Shown here one piece after another: positions 30,391 to 41,584 of a DNA stretch of 64,000 nucleotides (position 1 is the stretch's first letter; every line of letters starts with the position of its first letter). Source of the stretch: Octopus vulgaris (lineage: Eukaryota); assembly GCA_951406725.2 (NCBI GenBank), contig OX597822.1, positions 66,526,001-66,590,000 of the forward strand, read 5' to 3'. Made by a program: the position numbers and the translations under genes. Under the pieces are notes generated by a model. That model saw only the letters and a list, made by a program, of their open reading frames with translations, had not been told where the DNA came from and did not search any database.

Positions 30391-30617
30391 AGTAGGATCT
30401 CCTCCGATTATACATTCAAAGTTCAAATTCAAACGTGGGCGACCTTGCAATCCATCTCTTTTGGTGCTTTAAAATAAGTAACCTTCCATTAAAAGAATTG
30501 CTACAATCGACTAACCCTTCGTGAAATTTCAGCCAATGTGCCTATTGTAGGAACAATTGTTGTTGTTGTTGTTGTTGTTGTTATAGAAAATATATTGTTA
30601 TTACAATCATTATTACT

Positions 30618-30922
30618 GTGGAGGCACATGGCGTAGTGGTTACAGGAGCGGACTCACGGTCGACGTATCGCGGGTTCGAATCTCATACCGGGTGATGTGT
30701 GTGTAAATGAGCGAAACACCTAAGCCACACGCGTTCCGGCAAGGGATAATGGCAACACTTCTGCTGACTCTTTCGCCACAACTTTCTCTCACTCTTTCCT
30801 CTTTGCATCTTGCAGCTCACCTGCGACGGACCGGCGTCCCATCCAAGTGGGGAACCTATGCACCAAGGAAACCGGGAAACCGGCCCTTATGAGCCAGGCA
30901 TGGCTCGAGAAAGAACAAACAA
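30618..30922 (+). mobile_element. tRNA-derived SINE, third family (OK-like)
   Basis: A box TGGCGTAGTGG and B box GGTTCGAATC; the body is shared with 36655-36952(-). Confidence 0.8.
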
Positions 30923-30949
30923 CAGCAATCAATATTACTACGATGATTT

Positions 30950-31165
30950 GGCGGCGAGCTGGCAGAATCGTTAGCACGCTGGTCGAAATGCTTAGCGATA
31001 TTTTGCTCGTCACTACGTTTTGTGTTCAAATTCTGACGAGGTCGACTTTGCCTTTCATCCTATCGAGGTCGATAAATTAAGTACTAGTGAAGCGCTTAGT
31101 CAATGTAATCGATTACTCCCCTCCCTCAAAATCTCAGTCCTTATGCCTATAATAGAAAGGATTAT
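30950..31165 (+). mobile_element. SINE (Meta-domain-like family)
   Basis: ggcggcgagctggcagaatcgttagcacg..gtcgactttgcctttcatcc..gtcgataaattaagtac. Confidence 0.8.
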
Positions 31166-31559
31166 TACTACTACGATTTTTACTTGAAGTAGTTGTTGTT
31201 GACAATGTAGAAATTTTCTTTGGTTATTGTTAACACCATCATCGCCATTCTGACTATCATTAACGTTTCAAGAATCAGCATGTATGTTCCTGCACATGTA
31301 TATACTCGTTGAACTGTTTAAATTAATCTAAAACCGTTTATTAAAGCCATTTTTTGTATGCTTCACATCACACGCTGTTACAGCCAGCTGTGTTCAGATG
31401 CAAAAGCACCAGATTATAGATGTTTTGAGAGTTTTCCCCACCAATCGTCTGCTTATTAGGAGAGAAACATGTTTACGTATTTCAGCTTAGCTATATCGAT
31501 GTCGGCTGTGGAGAAGGTAAACTATTAAACAATCCAATGAGAATCCTCAGTCTATACTG

Positions 31560-31560
31560 C

Positions 31561-31650
<90 letters not shown>

Positions 31651-31707
31651 TTATCTATCTGTCAATCTTTCTAACTGTCTATCCATATGTCTTTCTACCT
31701 ATCTGTA

Positions 31708-31790
<83 letters not shown>

Positions 31791-31851
31791 TTATCTATAT
31801 GTCTCTCTCTCACTCTCTCTCTCTATCTATCTATCTATGTATCTATCTATG

Positions 31852-31921
<70 letters not shown>
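31560..31921. repeat. (ATCT)n microsatellite
   Basis: Read directly from the sequence. Confidence 0.95.
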
Positions 31922-32114
31922 CCTTATGTGTGCGTGTATGTGTATGGGCATATGTAACGAGATGCTATTTTATGCATGCAACAAGAAAAGGGTTTCAACG
32001 CATTGCCTGGAACGTTTCAACGCGTGCAAATTTCAAGAAAGTTTAATGATAATATTCACACTAATTATTATGAAGGTGATGATGAGAACAGCAGTAAAAA
32101 CTACGAATTACTGA

Positions 32115-32151
32115 TGTAGTAGAAGTAGTAGTAGTAGTAGCAGTATTAGTT

Positions 32152-32186
<35 letters not shown>

Positions 32187-32460
32187 TGTAGTAGTAGTAG
32201 CAGTATTAGTTGTAGTAATAGTAGTAGTAGTAGTAGTAGTAGCAGTATTAGTTGTAGTAGTAGTAGTAGTAGTAGCAGTATTAGTTGTAGTAATAGTAGT
32301 AGTAGTAGTGATTGTTCTGATGGTGGTAGCAGTGCTGTTGTTGTTGGTGGTAGTGGTAGTGGTAGTAGTAGTGGTAGCAGTGGCAGTAGCAGTAGTCGTA
32401 GTAGTAGTAGTGTTGGTTGTGGTGGTAGTAGTAGTGGTGTTCGTAGTAGTAGTAGTAGTA
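32115..32460. repeat. (GTA)n-derived compound repeat with a recurring gcagtattagttgtagta subunit
   Basis: Read directly from the sequence. Confidence 0.9.
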
Positions 32461-32679
32461 GGAGAAGGAAGAGGGGAGTACGGAGGGAGAGGAGAAGCAA
32501 CATCAACGATAAGAAGTTTGAGATATGCAGACACGCGGATGTATATATGTACAAATCTATATATGTATATATATAAGTGTGTACGTGTGTATGTTTGTAT
32601 GTACACATGTATACATACACATGTACACACTCATGCATGTAAGTGTACATGTATGTATATGTGTATCAATATTTAGATG

Positions 32680-32860
32680 TATATTATTGACATAATTTAC
32701 AATTGACGGATATTTGTCCTCAACTTGTTTGTTGTTACCACAACGTTTCGGCTGATATACCCCCCAGCCTTCATGAGGTGTCTTTGGGAACTTTCGAAAG
32801 TGGGTTCTCATTCCTAAGGTAGCTTTCGATGTTGTTGTTGTTGTTGTTGTTGTTGTTATT

Positions 32861-32903
<43 letters not shown>

Positions 32904-33054
32904 TTCAGGACACTGCCTGGAATCGAACTCGGAATCTTGGGGTTAGTAGCCCGCACTCTTAACCACTACGCCAATCAAGATGAGGACAAATATCTGTCAA
33001 TTGTAAATAACCTAAATAATGTACATAATTCCTCATCTCTTAAATATAGAACTG
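32680..33054 (-). mobile_element. tRNA-headed hammerhead SINE, copy 4 (most complete; inverted tail 32976-33054)
   Basis: Minus strand: TGGCGTAGTGGTTAAGAGTGCGGGCTACTAACCCCAAGATTCCGAGTTCGATTCCAGGCAG, then (AAT)n/(AAC)n, then the body, an HHR at 32738-32782 with core CUCAUGA (G5 mutated), then the tail. Confidence 0.8.
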
Positions 33055-33199
33055 CACTTGCATGTAAATCCATGTGCCTGAAGTATATTATGTTAAGCTG
33101 GGAAATATTGTTACGGGGAATAAGTTTAGTGAATAATGTATTGGGAAAATCATCCTATCCGTTCACTAAAATCATTCAATTAGGCTAAAAGCAGCGTTG

Positions 33200-34060
33200 G
33201 ATTATAATAACATTCAGCCAAGACAATGTTAAACGCACGAAGAAGACCAGGAGGTGGTGAAAAACTTCCTTGCTTTAAGGATATCGCGAAAGGCCTAGTT
33301 CGGGGCCCAAAATTCTGAGTTCTTTTCCAAGGGTTAAGCAAACTGAAGAACTGCTGTGATAAGTGTGTGAATATGAGACGGCTCTTTGTTGATTAAAATC
33401 AGAGTTATCTGATCTTCTTGCATTTTCTTTTACCCAAAGCTAGGGACCTTTCAGATCCCTCTCGTACCTTTTGGTTAGCCAGTTGTAGAGCATAGATCAA
33501 ATTATAGAATAGTTTACTAGTTACAAAACCTTGCTTAATAAAAGTTTGCAAGCTATAAGCTTCATCTAATAAAGCATTCGTGTGAGAGAATAGGAGTATG
33601 TGAGAGTCAGAAAAAAAGCCAGTATCAATACGATTAACGATGCTATACCTCTGTTTCAGGTTAGCATCCAAGCAAAGTCGATGAAGACGTTATTGTTTGC
33701 AAATGTCTCCTGTTAAAAAAGGAAATATCAGCCTTCCAAAAATCTACTAGCAGTGTTATAACAACAAATAAATGCTTCAGGTTTGCGCTTTTATTTTCAG
33801 TGACCCTATTTGATAAAGGCACTCAAAAGAATTATGAATAGTGCGTATGTAACAACGTTCAGATTATTCTTGCTGTCTTCATTCATAGATGCTGATTCCC
33901 CGATCTCCATATATTCATTATTGCATTATTATTACCAGTCACTTTGATTGGTATCTGTCAAGATTCCTGTCATTATACTGATAACATCTGCCTGATGTCT
34001 CCGGTTTCTGGTTTATGGTATAATACGTTGCTGTAATAACTCTCACTCGGAATCTCGGAT
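33200..34060 (-). mobile_element. Decayed RTE-like LINE reverse transcriptase fragment
   Basis: Minus-strand remnants ITLL, VFIDF and IKQGFVTSKLFYNLI (cf. GxKQGCxLSPxLFN); frameshifts and stops. Confidence 0.45.
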
Positions 34061-34096
34061 GGGATGCTACATACATATTCATATCAATGCACACGC

Positions 34097-34170
<74 letters not shown>

Positions 34171-34174
<4 letters not shown>

Positions 34175-34382
34175 CCTCGTGAGTACCACTGGCGATTTTT
34201 TTCCTCTGTCTTCCCTTCTCGGGATCTTTCTTTCTCCTATGTTTCCGACGAAGAGCTCCGCTCAAAACGTTAGGCCCTCCTTCTTCCCTTCTTTCCTGAG
34301 CGTCCAATAATACTTTATTTGTTCCACGTATTCGCGTTGTTGTGTTTTTTTTGTTTTTTTGTGTTTTCTTGTTTGGATTAAC
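34171..34382 (+). mobile_element. Short repeat inserted in (TA)n, carrying a degenerate hammerhead (34245-34271)
   Basis: CCGACGA-a-GAGC-tcc-GCTC-AAAA-CGTT has two substitutions relative to CUGANGA..GAAAC. TA tracts lie on both sides. Confidence 0.45.
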
Positions 34383-34424
34383 TATATATATATATAATTC
34401 TATAATTATGAGTATAATTATAAT

Positions 34425-35430
34425 TAGGGTTCAGCAAAATTTGCTTCACCACATACCGAAATTTAGAAATAGCAGTTAAACTACTATTTCATTACCATAA
34501 GAAAATCTCCCAAGCAGCATAACTCAACAACCCACGTAGGTAAAGAGGAAAAAAATAACGAATCCACGTGGCTTTGATTAGCTGTATACGCGTTTCGGAG
34601 TTAGAGAGATGAGAAAAATGTGAAATCATATTTCTACTCTCTCATTCGCCTCTTCAGTACAGTAATTCAAGATTTCAAATTTGAGAGCACTGAAAATTAA
34701 CATACTTACCTGATACTATATATGGCTACAGGTATATATAAATCTATATGCCTTGATATGTGAATTTATTTCTCTGTACACTTCTTCCATGTCTTGACAA
34801 ACCTATTGCTAACTTAAAGCCCTAGTCCCCTAATTAAGCATGTTTCTCTGGTTTTTAAGCTTCACACCATTGGTGTGGAAGCAGCTGTTCACCTATTCAA
34901 TTTTATGCACAAATATAACATTTATTGTACAAATTAAATAGCTTCAGATTTCGCATCGATGCAACATAGATGTTTTCTTGCTCGTCTTTGAAATATCCTA
35001 ACACTGTTGGGCAACTGATATCGAGTATAGTAAAGAATTTCGATTTTCCAACCAGGGCATTATGGCTGTTCTCTTACACAGGCATTTTATTGGAGACTTT
35101 ACAGGACATTTCCTAAGTATTATTTTCAGTTATTAGTGATGATGTCCTGCGTATCAGTTTCCATTTTTATAAGCATGTCCTCAGAAAACTATTCCCTTTG
35201 CAGATTTCGTTGTATAACTTTCTAGCCTTGACCACAAGCCTTGCAGCTAAAACATATAATGGTAATTTGTGATATCGCCTTAGTTATAGATTACATCCTC
35301 TGTTGCTAGTTCCAAAACAGGTTGTTACGTCCAGGTTGTTTACCTGTATCCCTACGATTTTGATGCATCAGGTAATTTGTTGTTATAGCCTGCTCTTCTC
35401 GCACAGGATAATACCCCTTAAATAAACATT
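34425..35430 (-). mobile_element. Penelope-like element 3' fragment (decayed GIY-YIG region plus terminal repeat with HHR)
   Basis: Minus-strand remnant resembling IYxISCPT at about 35005-35030, followed downstream by an intact HHR; the element ends near TA-rich sequence. Confidence 0.55.
34582..34662 (-). ncRNA. Type I hammerhead ribozyme, intact core
   Basis: Stem I CUGUA/UACAG; CUGAAGA; long stem II closed by GG/CC; GAAA; palindromic stem III ACGCGU; GUA cleavage triplet. Confidence 0.75.
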
Positions 35431-36654
35431 AATATTACGAATGTCAAATGGTGTGAGAACAAACACGAACGTCACGCGTAGCACATACACTTATATACAT
35501 AAATGTATGCGCGTGTGTTTGTGTGTGAGTTTGGGCGTATCCACTCTCAACTAATTTATGTGTGGAGGAAATAGTGGAAGAAACAAGCCCAAGGTGTTGC
35601 GCAGTAGGATTGAACTAAAGACTAACTGCCTGCAAACCGAACCTCCTAACCACGCAGCTTCGCCTGCTCTTATATATTTATGTGCATGTGTGTATGTGTG
35701 CGAATGTATGTGTGTTTGTCTTTGTGTATGTGTACATGAAAAATTGTCCGTGTCTACAGTAAAACGAACATTGAGAAAAGTAATCTCCATTCGTTAAGTT
35801 TCATGTGACAAAAAGTATTATCGTGGTTTTTACTCTATTTCTCTTCTTCATGATTATGAGCCATTCAATATGGCTTGTTATTGGCCATCATGCAATTCAG
35901 GTGATGTTTAATTTCATTCTTTATTGTACGCAACTTATAACTCTTGTATCATTATTCCAAAGATAGACAATATATTATAGTTTTAAATGAAACATTATAC
36001 TCCCAGTCAGAAATTGTATTATTGTTTCCGAATGAATAAGACCATGTGAAATTGTCTCATACGAGCGTAATTGTCTCGTAGTCAATATGTTTGCTTTTGT
36101 ACAAATAATTACATTACTTTTCAATTATTCGACTGCAGGATTATTTGACAGATTTCATTCACTTTTCTTCATATTAGTTCTATTAAAAACGATAGTCGAT
36201 CATTGTGTATCCATTGGCAATGCTCTGTGGAATAGTACCATTGCAGCAGTTTCAAAACTTATTTTAAATTCAGGTCACATTACTAAAAGTGCTAAAGACT
36301 TCCTGAGAAAATATTGACAATATATATATATGCCACAAATATAGCTTCTTTGCGATCATTTCAACATCAAAAATGAGTAGCTATATCATCTTCAAAAACA
36401 ACTCCACGACCGTACAATAATTTGAACAGAGTATCGACTAAGGGTCATCATTATATACCAGAATACCCACCGAAACAATCATATTTATACAAAGAAAAAT
36501 GTTCAGAGAATCTGCAACGATCCCGTTTTCCACGCTGTTTTATGCAATTGGCTACTGAATGCCGTATAAAGAATTACCGATTCATGATTGTATATGTATG
36601 TGTGTATGTGTGTGTGTGTTTTAAGAAAATCTATTTTTAAAATTTATTTATGCG

Positions 36655-36952
36655 CCCTTTTTCAAGCCTAATCAGGCTCATGGACCCGGTTTCTCGGTTT
36701 CTGTAGCGTATATTTCCCCTAGCTGGACGGGACGCCAGTTTATCGCAGCGTTACCCAAGAAACAGGAAGAAAGAGTGAGAGAAAGTTGAGGCGAAAGAGT
36801 ACAACAGGGATTGCCACCACCCGCTGCCGGAGCCTCGTGGAGCTTTAGGTGTTTTCGCTCGATAAACACACAACGCCTGGTCTGGTAATCGAAACCGCGA
36901 TCCTCCGACCGCGAGTCCGCTGCCCTAACCACTCTTCCATTGCACCTCCACC
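36655..36952 (-). mobile_element. OK-like tRNA SINE, full length
   Basis: Reverse complement ggtggaggtgcaatggaagagtggttagggcagcggactcgcgg..ggtttcgatt; homologous to 30618-30922. Confidence 0.8.
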
Positions 36953-37219
36953 AAGAAAATCTATATGAGTGTGCAACTGTACGTGTGTGCATGCCTGTGT
37001 ATGAGTGCGTGTATACTTGCGAGTGAGCGGGTGAGCATTACGGTGGTAGATTACGTTTTAAGATTCAATTGTCTCTACTCTTGACAACCAGGTTTCATTG
37101 GTATACGAACTAATACATATAGGAAATTGGGAGTAGCGTGCTGCACACTAAATATTGCGTACTATATACACCTCTATGTATGAACATATACGTGTATTAT
37201 ATTTATATATGTAAATGCT

Positions 37220-37262
<43 letters not shown>

Positions 37263-37319
37263 TGTCTTTATATTTATATACGTGTACATTCATATATATA
37301 TATATATATATATATATAG

Positions 37320-37379
<60 letters not shown>

Positions 37380-37954
37380 ATGTGTGTGTGTGTGTATTTG
37401 AATCTATTACTCTGCATGTAGTTTTCAATGCACTGTTTCGTTTTGTATCCCTGTCTCTGTATTTCCTTTACGTTCTTTGCTGATTTCACTGAGAATCCAA
37501 TCAAATCCTCACGCCATAAATTGGCATGCATCCATTTGAAAAATCAAACTAATAAACGCCTGATCCTATTTGAAATCTTATTTCCTGATGAAAAAAAAAA
37601 TACGCGTTGATAGATATCACTATCAAATCCCCTCTGCATTATAAAAATATCGCTGTTACGAAGGTCGTTTCAAACTTTAAAGAATATTGCTCTTTTATGT
37701 GATTGCAAACAGAAATAGATATTTAAATAAAAGCAAGGCAAAAACAACAGGAACGGCAGCAACATTAATGGAATCTCAATTTTGTGATAAACAGAAAAAA
37801 GATCCATGTTCAGCTACAAGGATTATAATCCTTAACAGCATTTTGTCCGTCTATACGTTCTGAGTTCAAATTACGCTTAGGTCGACTCTGCCTGTCATCG
37901 TTTCGGTAACGATAAAACAGTACCACTTGAACACACATAAATGTGTGTACGTGT

Positions 37955-38370
37955 TTCTTATTTCTTTTTTGCCCACAAGTGGCTAAGCATAGAGGGGACA
38001 AACAAGGACAGACAAACGGATTAAGTCGATTACATCGACCCAAGTGCGTAAATGGTACTTGATCTATCGAGCCCGAAAGGATGAAAGGCATAGTCGACAT
38101 CGGCGGAATTTGAACTCAGAACGTAACGGCAGACGAAATATATATTTCTTTACTACCCACAAGAGGCTAAACACAGAGAGGACAAACAAGGACAGACAAA
38201 CGGATTAAGTCGATTACATCGACCCCAGTGCGTAACTGGTACTTAATTTATCGACCCCGATAGGATGAAAGGCAAAGTCGACCTCGGCGGAATTTGAACC
38301 CTGAACGTAACGGCAGACGAAATACTGCTAAGCATTTCGCCCAGCGTGCTAACGTTTCTGCCAGCTCCCC
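37955..38370 (-). mobile_element. Tandem pair of Meta-domain-like SINEs (37955-38140 and 38143-38370)
   Basis: Direct repeat of about 180 bp, cccacaag..aacgtaacggcagacgaaata. Confidence 0.8.
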
Positions 38371-39972
38371 TTGTGTGTGCATGTTTCTATGGAAAAGAAT
38401 CTATGCCTGTAAAAGCATAGTTGTATTAACTTTCGCTTTCGCTCCACTCACCCATGCCTGGTATGCCTCTACAAAGAGCCATCCAGTACAGTTTATATGT
38501 AAGTACACGTACGCTTTACGTGTTCGATATGTTATAAATAGCAGCCATTTTTCTTCCATTGCAAATAAAGTATACTTTATGATACAAAATTTACTGTAAC
38601 TTTAAGTGTAATGATTAATGTCTCAAAGTAATATTTGTGGAATTATAGGTTTGTTCTTCATTTTCTGTCATGCATTTGCGAGAACAAAACTGTTGACGCA
38701 TTTTATAGACAGGATTTGCTACTTACACATGAAATTTTTTCCGAACGGATTCGCATACTCGTATACTCTAATCCTTCCTACACATACAGCTACACAGAAA
38801 AATACACAGTATATCCAAACATAGGGGGACACGAATATACGTTCATATAGACGCACATAAAGACAAACACAGAAATACACAGATCTCCAGACAGACTAAC
38901 AAACATGCACAAATTCATATGTGTCAACACCGACCTACACAGATTTATTTTTTGTGTCGACGGCTTCATTATTCAAGATATGCTTTATTTGAGCGCTGGG
39001 TATGTTTTACGAGTAATTATAAGAGCGTGCCAGCTTAACAAACAATATTTTAAAATTGAGTTTTAGTCAACAATACATAAATTTTTCCCTTGATGCTACT
39101 GGTGGATCAGATCAAAAGATTTTTATATCATTCTCACGCTCGAACATGCACACAGTTAAACAAAAACAAACAGAAAATACACCACAACAATACAACTTAT
39201 ACAGACGCGCACTCACACAAAACATACAAAGACATGCCAAAGCAATCATAAAACACTGTTGCAGACAGAAACTCAGACGTCAACAGATACACAGTAACAC
39301 ACATAAGTTTATGCATGCCTGCAGAAGAGAGCAGAAGTTCTGTAGGTGACTGCATTGTTCGTAGACTTTTATTTCCGTTTGTTGTGGCGGCATCAAAAGA
39401 AATTATGGGAGCAAATCAGTAGAACAAATAATGCTTCATGCTTCATATACACATATTCGATCTCTTAAGCATATGCATAAACACGCAGACAAACAGTAAG
39501 TAAATGCTGAGACACAAAGAGAAGCTCGCACTAAGGGCGAGCTTCTCTTTGTGTTTTAAATTTATATACATAGCGGTATGGCGTATCCGTGATATGCTCG
39601 CACACAATGATTTACCTAAGAAGATACATGCATTGTATTTAAAGAAAAATAATACACAAATCTCCATCTTAAAAATGAAAGAGAGACAGCGGTAGCTATA
39701 CCCCAAGACAAACACTACGTAAAGATATGTATGGCATGGTAAAAACTGGAAAGACTTTCTGCGGGAAAAATCGGTATATGGAAGGCGATTGGAGTTCTTC
39801 TGATAAAGAGTGGCATGAAATATGTTCTTAAAAGGTAAAAATATTCTTGAGGAAGGACAAGTGTTACAGTAAAAGAGAGGTTACTGAAAATAATTACACT
39901 TGAAATTTGAAATCTAAAACTACTGGGAAGAGAGCATTTTATACATGCATATTTATACATTCATACATATAT

Positions 39973-40018
<46 letters not shown>

Positions 40019-40072
40019 ATATATCGACATAATTACATACATATGTATGCTTTATGTCACTCACTCCCTATC

Positions 40073-40110
<38 letters not shown>

Positions 40111-40119
40111 CGCATATAC

Positions 40120-40160
<41 letters not shown>

Positions 40161-41584
40161 CGTATATATATACAGAGGCATATACATGCATATATATATA
40201 TATATATGTATATACAAATAATGGTTATAAACCTCATTAAGGGGTATTAAAATCCAATAAAAATACTGGTTAGTTACCACTCCATATAATGTTCAACTAT
40301 AGGGTAAACATATAAACCATAGTTCATATATTTGTATATTTAAAGAATAAAGAGAAAATGGAGAGGTAATTAATAAAATGTAATTTTATGGTTTGCAGCC
40401 CTTATCTCAACATATATTTCTAATTGGTATATCTTTACTACCTCTGAACAGATTTAGGGAGGTTCCTAAAGTGAACCAAATTATATCCCATTTTCTAGAT
40501 TTCTTAATATCATTTTTATGCCTATAATTCTCATTTCTAAAACCACATTGTTTATGCACAAATTGCATATTTGGGCAATTTATCTGGTTGCTTTTCACTG
40601 ATTTATAGCTATTTAATTTGGTTTTTAAAAATTGTATTAGATATATAATAAATTTCCTGGTTAAATTCACTTTTTCTGAGTGCTTGATTATACAGGGTGG
40701 CATGATTATTAAATATATCTTCATTACTAGACAAATTTGATATTCTAGTGGATATACAAGTTGTAATACCGTTTATGACACTACGGAGATGATTTGATTT
40801 ACAATTTATATATTGTATTACCTTATTCGGCTTATGGTATGGGTAATACTAGCCATTCTTTAAATTGAGGGTAATATTCAAGAAATTAACTATGTTGGTA
40901 GTATTATCAAGGGTTATATTTAAATTATACTTCTTTCGAAATTTTAATAAAACTTTTCTAGTTTCATCTCTCTTTCGTAGGGATGAAATAGGGATCACGA
41001 ATAAGCCATCTTCTCTATAAAGGCCTCTTTTAATAGTGGGAAAACTATTTTTTATATCAAAAATAAAAAGTGGCCCACCAAATCAGTAATCTGGGCCGAA
41101 TCCGCTGACTCCCATAGTTATATCGAAGTTATCCTGGCTATCACTTCGAGTCCACTTCTTATTAAATGCGATTAGGGTTTTCCTGGCATTTAAAATTACA
41201 TCCTTTTTCAAAGGGGATATTTCTTTAAATTTTTCAGCGAAGGTTATTGCCTTATCCCAAAGCTCTGGAGTTATTGATTTGTAATTATTATCGTTATCGA
41301 GCTGAAAAATGTTTGTTTATTTTTATTATTTAGGGAAACAAACCATGTGTCTCCAGTACATTGCCATAAAGATAAATTATTATTACTATGTCTAACATGC
41401 GGGAGAATTTTATCAATTATAGCTATACCAATTCTACCCAAGTCGGATTTCGTGGGACAAATTAATCTAATACTAGGTTTGCTTTTAAAATCCCGGTTTA
41501 TGATCCTTTAAAGTAAAATGAGGCGTTTCAGCGGTACATGATTCAGTTTTATCAAGTAAGTTTAATTCCCTAAAGAGCCTATAA

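Noticed and set aside
32905-32972. tRNA gene calls for A/B-box sequences here and at 30618, 36900 and 10651
   Set aside because: No convincing acceptor stem, and each continues into a repeated body; these are SINE heads.
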